Positions 1-9,908 of a DNA stretch of 64,000 bases are shown here, in pieces. The notes beneath the pieces are model-generated. The model searched no databases. It had not been told where the DNA came from and worked only from the letters and a program-made list of their open reading frames with translations. The DNA comes from Candidatus Altimarinota bacterium (GTDB taxonomy: Bacteria; Patescibacteriota; Gracilibacteria; JBDHUY01), in assembly GCA_039809385.1 (NCBI GenBank), contig JBDHUY010000012.1:1-64000 (forward strand), in the 5' to 3' direction. Position numbers and translations under genes: made by a program. How positions within the stretch are numbered: position 1 is the first letter of the stretch; each line of letters begins with the position of its first letter.

Positions 1-381
1 TTCTTAACAGTTTTCTAATCTGCGCTTCCGATGGGATCTGGTGCAATAATGCAATCATACTCGCAAGGATAAGAATAAACTATTCTTACTCTATCCTTGT
101 TCCATCTCCTTCAGAATACCCGAAAAAATCGTGTAGACTTTTACTTATCGCGTACGTTATCATACCAGTGTTGTTAGGAAGTAATGTCCCGGACCTTTCT
201 GATAGGTCTACAAAATTTTTTGGGGCATTATTTCCGTGTCAACCAAAATCTCCCTCTTTTTCCTCTTTTCGCATGCCAAAATATACCACTATTGCTTAGT
301 AGTAAAACAAAATCCCCTCCTCACCTTTTTAGGTTTTCAGGAATCTCCTATACAGCTCTTTAGTTTTCTTAATATACCCGT

Positions 382-834
382 ATGTTAAAAGGCGTAGACT
401 ATATCGGTGTCGGAGTCGGGGCGGTCATTCTTTCGAGTGACAAAAAGATCTTTCTTGCTCAGCGAGGTGTGAAAGCCAAGAACGAACGGGGACACTGGAG
501 CGTCCCCGGCGGCGGAGTCGACTGGGGTGAACGACGTGTCGCGGCCGCGGTGCGGGAGGTGCAGGAAGAGCACGCTTGTCTGGTCGAGGTGGTGCGTGAA
601 ATCGGAACAATCGATCATATTATCCCGGACGAAAGCCAGCACTGGATTACTACTATGTTTCTCTGTAAGCTCGTTCAAGGCGAGCCGCTTATCAACGAGC
701 CCGAAAAATGCGTGGCGATCGGATGGTTTGATCTGACCGAAGTGACCTCGCTCCCGCTGGCCAGTTATATGTATACTTTGCTGGATTTGCTACGGGAGCA
801 GTATCCGAATGGACTTCCCGATTTACCCAAATAA
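382..834 (+). CDS. NUDIX hydrolase
   Basis: Nudix box GGGVDWGE...AAVREVQEE. Confidence 0.9.
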   Translation: MLKGVDYIGVGVGAVILSSDKKIFLAQRGVKAKNERGHWSVPGGGVDWGERRVAAAVREVQEEHACLVEVVREIGTIDHIIPDESQHWITTMFLCKLVQGEPLINEPEKCVAIGWFDLTEVTSLPLASYMYTLLDLLREQYPNGLPDLPK

Positions 835-924
835 GCAGCGTAGTACGAACGTGTTCGGGCTAAATATCAGCCATTTTCGTCATAATTGAAAACTAGACCC
901 GTTACAGCAAATCGAACGTAAATT

Positions 925-1758
925 TTAAGGATTTACCGCGGATGAAGATGTTTTCGGCGTGATATTCACAAACGGCACGCTGTCTTTCGTCACTACCTGC
1001 GGTAAGACTCCGTTCCATTTTTCCAGCGCGCGCAGCTCCAGAATCTCGGGTTTGGAGGTCAGCGCTTCGGATTCAATGCGGATGGCTTCGGCTTTTCCCT
1101 TGGCTTCGGCAATACGCTGGTCGGCTTCGAATTTGATCTGCTCCAGTTTATTCTTGGCAGCCAGAGCGTTCTGTTCGGCTGTGACTTTGGACTCGATGGC
1201 GAAATCAAATGATTCGGAGAACTGAAAGTTCACGATGTTGAAATCGTCAGTCAAAATTCCGCGCCCGTTCAGTTTTTGCGTAAGCAGCGTCTTGACTTCA
1301 TCCCGTACCAGTTCGCGCTTGGTAATGAGTTCCTCGGCCGTGAAGCGGGCGGTCGCGGCTTTGACCGATTCCTGTAACGCCGGATCGATCAGGCGTTCTT
1401 TGTAATTTTCTCCGACTTCCTGATAGATGAGAGCTACTTCGTTGGGATCGATATGGAAGTTGAGCGCCACGGTCGACTGAATCGTTTGCAGGTCTTTGGA
1501 GGCTGCGCTCGATTCGACCTGTTCTTTCTGGATTTTTATATCGGCAATGATCACGTCTTCGGCAAACGGAAGTTTGAAATAGAGTCCTTCGTTTAATATC
1601 GTACCGGTGACCGCTCCGAACCTGAGCAGAATCCCACGTTCCCCCGCGCCCACGGTGCCGACGCTGTTGCCCAGAACTACCAGGGCAATAAAGACCAGCG
1701 CGATCAAAGGAATAATCCACTTGAAACGATTGTTGGACGGGTAGACGGTCGTAGCCAT
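925..1758 (-). CDS. SPFH/prohibitin (band 7) family membrane protein
   Basis: N-terminal TM, GERGILLRFG, EGLYFKLPF, ASKDLQ, AEA-rich coiled coil; start moved to ATG 1758. Confidence 0.9.
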   Translation of the reverse strand: MATTVYPSNNRFKWIIPLIALVFIALVVLGNSVGTVGAGERGILLRFGAVTGTILNEGLYFKLPFAEDVIIADIKIQKEQVESSAASKDLQTIQSTVALNFHIDPNEVALIYQEVGENYKERLIDPALQESVKAATARFTAEELITKRELVRDEVKTLLTQKLNGRGILTDDFNIVNFQFSESFDFAIESKVTAEQNALAAKNKLEQIKFEADQRIAEAKGKAEAIRIESEALTSKPEILELRALEKWNGVLPQVVTKDSVPFVNITPKTSSSAVNP

Positions 1759-1915
1759 AGGCAGAAAATGAAGAGGTAAAATTGCTTGTGAGACTAATTG
1801 TATACTACTGTGCATTTGCAGGTTGGCAAGCATTATTAATAAAGCACTGGTATTTGTTTTAGCTCTTTAAATATATCTTTTGCTGATTTTTTTGAAGTAA
1901 TAAATATAGAACTAT

Positions 1916-1944
1916 TTGCAATACATCGTAATACCAAGTATCCT
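1916..1944 (+). promoter_or_regulatory. Putative sigma70 promoter of the CopG/ParE TA operon
   Basis: TTGCAA-17nt-TATCCT. Confidence 0.45.
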
Positions 1945-1975
1945 ATAAGCATCCTTCGTATTCTTTCTTACCTCC

Positions 1976-2263
1976 ATGCATAAAACACTCACTAAAAAAA
2001 CGATTACGCTCCGTATCGATCAGAAACGTAAAAATGCTCTCGATTTATTAGCTAACAGTCTGGATCGGGACCGGAGCTATATCATTAACCAGGCGATCGA
2101 TGAATATCTGAATGTTCATCAATGGCAAATTGCAGAGATTCAAAAAGCTCTTCAAGAAGCTAGATCAGGAAAATTTGCTACCGAAAAAGAAGTGCAGTCA
2201 TTTTTTAAGCAATGGTCTCATGCAGCTTACATGGCTGAAAGCAGCGTTAAAAAACATAGATGA
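1976..2263 (+). CDS. CopG/RHH-family antitoxin
   Basis: ITLRID...LDRDRSYIINQAIDEYL...WQIAEIQKAL; upstream of and overlapping a ParE toxin. Confidence 0.85.
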   Translation: MHKTLTKKTITLRIDQKRKNALDLLANSLDRDRSYIINQAIDEYLNVHQWQIAEIQKALQEARSGKFATEKEVQSFFKQWSHAAYMAESSVKKHR

Positions 2264-2501
2264 TATTGCCGAATATATTGCTGCAGATAACACCGAAGCA
2301 GCTTTTGCGTTGGTTGCTAGAATAAAACGAGCTAGCAAATATTTAACTGTACAACCATATATGGGCCGTAACGGCCGTGTAAGTGGTACCAGAGAATTAA
2401 TTATTGTCGGTACTTCTTATTTCTTAGTATATCGCATTTACAAAAACAAAATTGAAATCTTGCGCGTACTCCATCGGGCTCGCGCCTGGCCGCCAAGTTG
2501 A
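2220..2501 (+). CDS. RelE/ParE family toxin
   Basis: MQLTWLKAALKNIDDIAEYIAADN...PYMGRNGRVSGTREL...EILRVLH; start at ATG 2220. Confidence 0.9.
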   Translation: MQLTWLKAALKNIDDIAEYIAADNTEAAFALVARIKRASKYLTVQPYMGRNGRVSGTRELIIVGTSYFLVYRIYKNKIEILRVLHRARAWPPS

Positions 2502-2624
2502 CTATTTCTTTGAAATAATAATAGCACTTGTTCGGATTGTTTACTTTTTGAAAGAATGGGTAGTTTTACCTTGTTCTTTTTCAAAATAAGTCGGTATAAT
2601 AAAAAGATAGTTATCATAAATGGT

Positions 2625-4880
2625 ATGTCGAAAACTCTGCGTCGGAAACCTGTCGATACATTTCCCGAGGATTATATTCATGAGCAAGCGGAGGGAGACC
2701 AGTCAGTAGCACGTTCTCTTATGTATGAGCTGGCGCGAACCAGCCGGCGCAAGATTCTGGCTCTGATGCGGCCGGGAGGTTCTCATAAAGCCCAAGATTT
2801 TGATGCTGAACTTGCAGAAAAAGCCGCCCGTATTTCAGATGCCGGTTTATCGGTTGAGGAAATTGTCGCGATGGTGAAAGAGTCTGCCGAGGCCCGTAAA
2901 GAGCCGTATCTATCCTTTGGGGCTCGGGTTTTGCCCTACTTGGGAAATGAAGCAAAAGAACGGTTTGAGGATGATCTGTGTAACTATTTATCCGAACTTT
3001 TTCTGGATGGCTACGAATCTCCGGAAGAAATCGAATCTATTGCTACTATTCTCAAGGGGTTGCGTAATGCCGGATATGCCGACTATATCGCTATCTGGGC
3101 TTTGTTTGCGCCGGGTGGCGAGGAGAAACGACGGGAATCGCTGAACAATTGGCGTTTTTTCAAAAAAGGTGCTCTGAAAGCATTACAAGAGTATAGGGAT
3201 ACTACTTCCTTTGAGGACATGGAAAACGAACTTCTTGAAAAAAAGTGTTTACCGGGTGCTAAGCAAAAACTGCTGGACATGAAAGGAACAGATGAGAGAT
3301 CCTACCAAATGATCACGCAACAACTGGCTTTTGCCGCTAAGGCTTTTTTTGTAGTCGATGAATATGGCAAAAAAAATAGATTTCTCGATTATAAGCATGG
3401 AAGTATTGATTGCAATGACCATGTACCTATAAGTCAGGTAGTATCCTTGCTTACGAATCAGCAGATTTTTAAAGAACTCGATACTGATCAGCACGTATCA
3501 TTATTGTTAACCGATACTAATTTTGTGCTGGATACGTATGACGGTAAGGTCTGTCTTTTGCAAGAACATGTATTTAGAAGGTATAACGAACAAAGGCCTA
3601 GTACCGGCAGCTCTACGTATTTTTATCGTTTCGGCAACAGCCACTATATTATTGATAACGGACTTGATGCGACTGATCATAAATTTCATGTCCCAAAGCC
3701 AGAACTTGATCCTATGGCGGTTCCCGGGTTTCGATTAGTGAAAGAAAAACCCTATGTTGTCCCGCCCTACGAAGATTTGGCAAGTTTGCTTGTTACGATG
3801 TCTCTGAACTATGAGCGACAGCAAAAAGCTTACATAGCACAAAAGATTTATGAAGAACTTGTCCCGAAAATCGTTCCAAATCATGAAGATGCATTGTATA
3901 ACTCTGCTATTGTTAGCAGGGATAATGGACAATTAAAAACTTCCCAAGAATTATTATTGAAAACATTGGAAGTAAACCCTTGGTGTGCGAAAGCATATGC
4001 CGAACTAGGAAGTCATTTTCAAAACCAAAACGACCTCGATAGTGCTAAAAAGAATTATCAACAATGCTTGAATATAGATCCGTTTGATTCTTTAAGTCAT
4101 AACCATCTAGGAATTATATTTGAAAGAGAAAGAAATTTTGAAAAAGCAGAAGAACATTATAGGAAGGCAATCCAGTATGCTCCCTCAAATCAAGCTGCTT
4201 ATAATAACTTAGGGAACTTTCTTTTTCATAAAGGTAATAAGTACTATAAAGAATCTAAAGAGATGCTTGCTCAATCATTAAAACTCAACCCTCTGGATAA
4301 AAATGCAAATCTTAATATGGCAAGGCTCTTAACCGAAAGTAAAGAAAAAAATCCTGACAGTTTCTTTATCATTAAAAGATACTTTGAGACTGCGCTTTTT
4401 AACGGCTATGAAGATTCCTTTTTGTGGACCGAATATGGTAACTTTTTACGAAACTCGATGGACCTTTTTACGGCATCCATATCTCTTAATCATTATTTTT
4501 CCGAATCTATCAAGGCATATATGCACGCTATAAAAATTGATGATAAAAATGCTAACACGTGGTTTGGGTTAGGATGGATTTATCAATTCGCTGATAATTT
4601 CATAGATTTGGAGAAAGCTAAAGAGTGTTACGAAAACTCCATTAATCTAAATGACACTTCCGGGGCATATACAAACTTGGCATGTATTTATGAAAGAAAC
4701 GGAGATGACTTTTTTCAACAAGGACGTTTCTTAGATGCACGAATTTCTTTTGAGAAAGCTGTACATCTTCAAAAAAAAGCACTCAAAATACATCCTCAGA
4801 ATAGATCTGCAATAGGGAACTTACCTATTTTCGAAAAGAAACTTCAAGATACGCTTCAAAGACTTAGTCAGATACAATAA
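2625..4880 (+). CDS. TPR-repeat protein with unknown, possibly transglutaminase/papain-like, N-terminal domain
   Basis: Multiple TPRs in the C-terminal half (AYAELG, SHNHLG, AYNNLG, AYTNLA); C...H...D pattern upstream. Confidence 0.75.
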   Translation: MSKTLRRKPVDTFPEDYIHEQAEGDQSVARSLMYELARTSRRKILALMRPGGSHKAQDFDAELAEKAARISDAGLSVEEIVAMVKESAEARKEPYLSFGARVLPYLGNEAKERFEDDLCNYLSELFLDGYESPEEIESIATILKGLRNAGYADYIAIWALFAPGGEEKRRESLNNWRFFKKGALKALQEYRDTTSFEDMENELLEKKCLPGAKQKLLDMKGTDERSYQMITQQLAFAAKAFFVVDEYGKKNRFLDYKHGSIDCNDHVPISQVVSLLTNQQIFKELDTDQHVSLLLTDTNFVLDTYDGKVCLLQEHVFRRYNEQRPSTGSSTYFYRFGNSHYIIDNGLDATDHKFHVPKPELDPMAVPGFRLVKEKPYVVPPYEDLASLLVTMSLNYERQQKAYIAQKIYEELVPKIVPNHEDALYNSAIVSRDNGQLKTSQELLLKTLEVNPWCAKAYAELGSHFQNQNDLDSAKKNYQQCLNIDPFDSLSHNHLGIIFERERNFEKAEEHYRKAIQYAPSNQAAYNNLGNFLFHKGNKYYKESKEMLAQSLKLNPLDKNANLNMARLLTESKEKNPDSFFIIKRYFETALFNGYEDSFLWTEYGNFLRNSMDLFTASISLNHYFSESIKAYMHAIKIDDKNANTWFGLGWIYQFADNFIDLEKAKECYENSINLNDTSGAYTNLACIYERNGDDFFQQGRFLDARISFEKAVHLQKKALKIHPQNRSAIGNLPIFEKKLQDTLQRLSQIQ

Positions 4881-7173
4881 TCGACACCTGATCGCTTTGT
4901 CCTCCCCCGCGGGCCTCGATCTCGAAATTCCCGGTGCGCAACTCCCAGGCGACCTCGTCGCCCGTACCGATCAAAGTACCGTTGACGAACCATTCCACCT
5001 GTTTGATATCGCCCGAATGAAACGCGCGTAAGCTCACTTTTTGATATTGTAGCGGCACTTCGGGATTGATCCGAAACTCGTCCAGATGCTGCGGATTCTC
5101 GATTTTTAAATATTTCTTACTTACCGCTGCGGTATCGACCGGATAGCCTTTCTTTTTTGCCCACGGAATGAGCTCCGGCGGCAGCGACAGGGTGAGTTGA
5201 CCCTGCTGCATCTGCCACAGATCGTCGGTTTCGGTCGGCTCTTTTCCTCGCAAAAATACCTCGGTGCGTCGCTCGGGACAAAAGCTGGCTGGCAGTTTTC
5301 CCGAAGGGAGACAGATCTCCTTGTTCACCAGGCCGTCGGGTTTTTCAAAAGCCGGATTGCCGTAAAGTTTGACCAGTTCCATGACAGTATCGTGAAAGAT
5401 CGGCCCGGCCCCTTCCACGCCTGAAATATTGATCATACTGCTCCCGTCGTTGTTGCCTACCCAGACTCCAGCCGTGAAGCGCGGCGAATACCCCACTACC
5501 CAGTTGTCGCGGAAATTCCGGGAGGTCCCGGTCTTGGCCGCGATGTTGGGAATATTCAGTGCCGAATCGGCGCCGAAGGAAGGAACGCGCGCGCCGTTAT
5601 CCGATAAAATACTCGTGATCAGGTAACTTAGCTGTGGCGACAGCACGGTTTTTTCATCGGTTTCGGCGTCCGCAAGATCGATCGTTTTTCCATTTTCGTC
5701 GATAATCTTGAGAATGTTTTTGGATGCTATTTTTTTGCCCGCGTTGGCGAACACACTGAAGGCGGTCACGAGATCAAAAAGGCGAACCTCGCCGTCGCCC
5801 AGTGTTAGGGCCAGTCCGTAAAAGTCGCCGTCCTTGTCCAGGCTGCTCATTCCCATCTCCCGCGCCAGCCGTAAGACCGCGCCGGTTCCGGCATACTGCA
5901 GAGCTTTCACCGCCGGGATATTGTACGAATTGGCCAGCGCGTCGCGTACCGTGACTAATCCGTGGAACTGCTGGTCGAAGTTTTTTGGTGTATACGGCGT
6001 ACCTTCTTCGGTCATGAATTTGACTGGAAGATCGGTTATCGTCGTGGCGTTGGTCCAGCCTTTTTGTAACGCCGCAGCATACGTAATCGGTTTAAGCGTC
6101 GATCCGGGTTGCCGTAGTCGGAGCGTCACATTGACCTGTCCGTCGATCGAGTCGTCGTAAAAATCTTTCGAGCCTACCATAGTCACAATCTCTCCCTGCT
6201 GGTTGATCACTAGCACCGCGCCGTTGCCGGCCTTCTTATCGGCTACCCGTTCCAAATTGCGCCGGATGATCCGTTCGACTTCGTCGTTGAGATAGACGTC
6301 CAGTGTGGTGGTGATCGTGAGTCCGCCGTAGAAAAGTTTTTCTTTGCCCAGTTTCTTTTCCAGCTCGTCTAACAAGTAATCGATAAAATGCGGCGCTTTC
6401 TTGGTGGTACGGACGCGCGACAACTTTACCCCTTCTTCCAGCGCGGTTTGGGCGGTTGTCGCGTCTAGCCAGTTGTTCTTTACCATCCGTTCTACTACCT
6501 CTTTCTGTCTTTTTTGACTTTCCTCGAGGTTGGTGAGCGGGTTATAGCGCGAAGGATTTTGCGGAATGCCGGCCAATAGGCTCATTTCGGCGGTGTCCAG
6601 ATCGTAGAGGTGCTTGCCGAAATAGCCGAGCGAGGCGGCTTCGGCGCCGTAGGTCAGGTTGCCGTAGTAAACCGTATTAAGATACCGTTCCAAAATCTGT
6701 TCTTTCCCGGATATCTGATTCAGCCGGATGGCGTAGAGCGACTCGATCAGTTTATTCTGCCAGGTGCGCTCGCGGTCGGTCCCGAGCAAATTGCGGACCA
6801 CCTGCTGGGTAATCGTCGAACCGCCCGACACGATCTCCTGGTTTTTCGCATTGAGCCACACTGCTCGCAAAACCGCCCAGACATCGATGCCAAAATGGGA
6901 ATAATAGTTATTATCTTCGGCTGCTAACGTGGCTTGTATAAACGTTTCCGGAATCTTTTCGAATGGCAGGAAATTCTTTTTGCCTTCGTCGGGCTGCAGT
7001 ATCTCGTAAAGCAGCACGCCGTTGCGGTCATAAATTTTTGTGTTCTGGCGCGCTTTTTGTAAAATGATTTCCTGCGGTAGCGGCAGAAAATACATCACAT
7101 AGATCAAAAAGCCTCCCAGCAGGGCGATTCCCATGGCAAGGGGAGCGATTGTTTTTTTGATGATACGTTTCAT
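4864..7173 (-). CDS. pbpC: Bifunctional transglycosylase/transpeptidase, PBP1C-like
   Basis: AAEDNNYYSHFGID, GGSTITQQ, SxxK (STLK), SxN (SYN), KTG; C-terminal beta domain (VEWFVNG). Confidence 0.8.
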   Translation of the reverse strand: MKRIIKKTIAPLAMGIALLGGFLIYVMYFLPLPQEIILQKARQNTKIYDRNGVLLYEILQPDEGKKNFLPFEKIPETFIQATLAAEDNNYYSHFGIDVWAVLRAVWLNAKNQEIVSGGSTITQQVVRNLLGTDRERTWQNKLIESLYAIRLNQISGKEQILERYLNTVYYGNLTYGAEAASLGYFGKHLYDLDTAEMSLLAGIPQNPSRYNPLTNLEESQKRQKEVVERMVKNNWLDATTAQTALEEGVKLSRVRTTKKAPHFIDYLLDELEKKLGKEKLFYGGLTITTTLDVYLNDEVERIIRRNLERVADKKAGNGAVLVINQQGEIVTMVGSKDFYDDSIDGQVNVTLRLRQPGSTLKPITYAAALQKGWTNATTITDLPVKFMTEEGTPYTPKNFDQQFHGLVTVRDALANSYNIPAVKALQYAGTGAVLRLAREMGMSSLDKDGDFYGLALTLGDGEVRLFDLVTAFSVFANAGKKIASKNILKIIDENGKTIDLADAETDEKTVLSPQLSYLITSILSDNGARVPSFGADSALNIPNIAAKTGTSRNFRDNWVVGYSPRFTAGVWVGNNDGSSMINISGVEGAGPIFHDTVMELVKLYGNPAFEKPDGLVNKEICLPSGKLPASFCPERRTEVFLRGKEPTETDDLWQMQQGQLTLSLPPELIPWAKKKGYPVDTAAVSKKYLKIENPQHLDEFRINPEVPLQYQKVSLRAFHSGDIKQVEWFVNGTLIGTGDEVAWELRTGNFEIEARGGGQSDQVSIIVSD

Positions 7174-7373
7174 GACAACCGGATCAGTGTAAAATGCCAA
7201 ACTTGTTATGAGGAGAGATCCTGCCCGCCCTGGCGGGACGAACGAATGAAAAGCGAAAAATAGGGGGACAGCTGCTCAGTAGCTTCTACTTCACTGCTCT
7301 ATAGCCTTTGAAGGTGATGGGAGCCTTTTGCTTTTTTGGCGCTGTGAGCTGACTGCTGTCAGCTGGTTGTTTC

Positions 7374-8078
7374 CTACCGTTTTCCGCCGACTTTTTCGCA
7401 ACGGCTGCGTAGCGTTTGATCTTCGATTTTGGCACAGATCTCCGGATTGCGCGTCTGGGAAGCTATTTTCAGATAAACGGTGTTTTTGCACTGATTTTTG
7501 ACCATAGCGTTGACGATAGGATTGCAGTCTTCGTCCTTGTTTTCCTGAACCGCTTTGGAAAAATAGTAGTTGTCCTTACAGCGCTCTTGCTGATCGCTGC
7601 GGATAACTTTGTCGCAATAGGAGATATCTTTCCGGGTTACCGCCAACGTGCTGTATACCTGCGATTCGCACGATATGCGACTCTTTTCAGACAGCGCCGA
7701 ACATTTGGCGATATCTTTGGCCGAGACGGCGATCTTGGTCGTAACCGACTCCAGACAGTTCTCGCGCTGGACCGCCTGCGTGATCATATCGCAGTATTCG
7801 GGTTTGCTCTCGATATTGGCTTTGATCTGGCGGACACTGTTTTTACACTCTTCGTGTAAACCTTTGTTTTTCATGTTCTCGCAGAGTTTTTCGTCACGTT
7901 TGCGTAACGCTTCGGTGCGGATATTTTGTTCCTGCTGCTCAGGGCTTACCGGCATATTGCCGTTTATGACGCTGCCGGTGCCGCTCGGATTTTCGGGCGT
8001 TGCCGGCGGTGTGGTACCGCAGCCGCTCAGGAGAACGAGAAAACCAATGATAAAGATGCCAACAATATTTTTTCTCAT
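7374..8078 (-). CDS. Lipoprotein with six Cys-pair repeats
   Basis: Signal peptide with LSGC lipobox; repeated C-x(10-11)-C units about every 29 aa. Confidence 0.75.
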   Translation of the reverse strand: MRKNIVGIFIIGFLVLLSGCGTTPPATPENPSGTGSVINGNMPVSPEQQEQNIRTEALRKRDEKLCENMKNKGLHEECKNSVRQIKANIESKPEYCDMITQAVQRENCLESVTTKIAVSAKDIAKCSALSEKSRISCESQVYSTLAVTRKDISYCDKVIRSDQQERCKDNYYFSKAVQENKDEDCNPIVNAMVKNQCKNTVYLKIASQTRNPEICAKIEDQTLRSRCEKVGGKR

Positions 8079-8175
8079 ACGATACAAATAACAGATTATG
8101 TGGGATGCGGAAGTATTATAGCGGTTTTGTTGTTATGATCCACCGAAAGTTTGGGAAACGGGACAGGAGTATTAA

Positions 8176-8342
8176 AAAGCTCAAATACCAAAGTTCAAAT
8201 GACAGAAGAATCCTAAATATCTAAGCTCAAAAAAACTGCCACAAACAAGTATGATGCATATCTACTATGTTTGATATTGGACATTTGAGTTTTGACATTA
8301 TTTTGTCATTTGGTCCGCCGTGGCGGATTGAACTTTGGTATT
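8176..8342. repeat. 7-bp-periodic (CAAA/TTTG) palindromic intergenic element, copy A
   Basis: AATACCAAAGTTCAAATGACA (8184-8204) is inverted at 8304-8342, where it is interrupted by an 18-bp insert. Confidence 0.75.
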
Positions 8343-8357
8343 ATTCGGCCAAGTTAG

Positions 8358-9725
8358 TTAGATGCTAATCTCTTCTGTCGCTATAACTTTGCGGTTTGAA
8401 AGGGACTGTTCCATCACCCCGGCACCGACAAAGAGCGTCAATAAAAAATAGGGCAGCAACAGCGAATTCACGAAGAGGCTGTGCACCAGCAGGGCCAGAC
8501 TTCCCAGTAGCAGCCCGTAGCCGGTATTGCGTTGAGTTTGGGAAAAAACGCGCTCGTGAGCCGCTCGGTAAAATAAGCTCAGGGTTTGCCAAAAAAGAAT
8601 CGCGAACAAACATAATCCGAGCAGTCCGGTGGTTGACAGGATGGTCAAAAAACTGCTGTCCGCCCCGCTGGCCGAATGGATCTCGGGGCTGGATGCCATA
8701 CCGTTATGGTATTTATAAAAACGCAACGTGTTGTAGCCGACGCCCAAGATCGGATTGTCGCCAAAGATTTCCAAAGCCTGCTGCCACGATTCGATGCGAA
8801 GCCGCGCCGTCTCGTCCAGCGTATAGTCGAGTGAGTCGGTAGCGAACGCAAAGGTGCTCTGATACAGGCTTTCGATACGCTCCTGGGCCCGCGGTACGGC
8901 CAGGCCAAAGATGAGACCCAGGATGACCGTTCCTGCCAGCAAACGCGGCGAACGTAGCACGCCGGTTAGAAACAAGCCGACAAAGAGGGTGAGGTAGGCG
9001 CTGCGCGAATAGGTGAGGTAGAGTGCGGCTAGAATGATGAGACTGGAAATCACAACCCACAGCCAGGGCTTTTTTTCTTTGCGGGTCGCTCCGAATAAGA
9101 GGTTTAACAACACAATCAAAACGAAGGCTAAAAATCCGCCTAAGAAGTTCGGATCGAACCAGGTCGACAACAAACGTCCGATATGGGGATCCCAGCCGTT
9201 AACGGCCATGAACGTAAAATCCGGGACGACAAAAAGTTGCACGAAACCGATCAGACTGAGCGCCGCGGCCGCCAGCGTTAGTATCTGTATATATCTCGAG
9301 AGTTTGAACGGTTCGTTACGGGCAATCACATAGATCAGTGCATAGCCTCCCAGCCGGATCAGATAAAACAGGCTCTGCAGATTTTCGCTTAACGTATAGG
9401 AAAAGCTGTTAAAGAGCAGCGAAATGGCCGCCACGAGCAGGAACAGAATGGCCAATTGTCCGACAGGTCCCAGATGTACCTTTTGCCGGGTAGCGATTCG
9501 TTTCAGACACCAGAGTCCGCCAACTCCCAGCACCGCCATATCGAGGGCCAGTACTTCCAGCCCCAGACCGGGAATGGTTATCCGGGCCAGTTCGCCCAGT
9601 ACCAGTAGCACAAACAGCAGCGGAATGCTGCGGCCGGGTTTTTGCCAGAGAAGTATCGAAAGCAGCAGTACAGCGCCAATAGCAGCGACTAGGAGCAGAA
9701 ATGTCATATAGGGAAGCGACCACAT
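8358..9725 (-). CDS. O-antigen ligase / Wzy_C family membrane protein
   Basis: Many TM helices; RLLSTWFDPNFLGG, LTYSRSA, R...WQQAL...NPILGVGYN; start uncertain. Confidence 0.85.
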   Translation of the reverse strand: MWSLPYMTFLLLVAAIGAVLLLSILLWQKPGRSIPLLFVLLVLGELARITIPGLGLEVLALDMAVLGVGGLWCLKRIATRQKVHLGPVGQLAILFLLVAAISLLFNSFSYTLSENLQSLFYLIRLGGYALIYVIARNEPFKLSRYIQILTLAAAALSLIGFVQLFVVPDFTFMAVNGWDPHIGRLLSTWFDPNFLGGFLAFVLIVLLNLLFGATRKEKKPWLWVVISSLIILAALYLTYSRSAYLTLFVGLFLTGVLRSPRLLAGTVILGLIFGLAVPRAQERIESLYQSTFAFATDSLDYTLDETARLRIESWQQALEIFGDNPILGVGYNTLRFYKYHNGMASSPEIHSASGADSSFLTILSTTGLLGLCLFAILFWQTLSLFYRAAHERVFSQTQRNTGYGLLLGSLALLVHSLFVNSLLLPYFLLTLFVGAGVMEQSLSNRKVIATEEISI

Positions 9726-9908
9726 AAATTCTGAAGAGGAATGAAAAAACACTATAGCGCGATCATAGCGCGGGGTGAACCAAAATACAACCACGGTTTT
9801 TGAGGCTGAACATGAAGCGATATGCTTCTTTTTGCGCGGATTTTATATTTTTCTTAGGTTCGTTTGCTACGCTGGACGCGTCTTTATTCTTTCTTGTCGT
9901 ATGTGCGT

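Noticed and set aside
1-275. Minus-strand gene starting at ATG ~274 with TGA readthrough (code 25)
   Set aside because: The same frame also hits TAA and TAG, and TGA is a genuine stop elsewhere.
2220-2263. 44-nt antitoxin/toxin overlap as a special mechanism
   Set aside because: Most simply explained by a lost stop codon extending the antitoxin; overlaps are common in TA operons.
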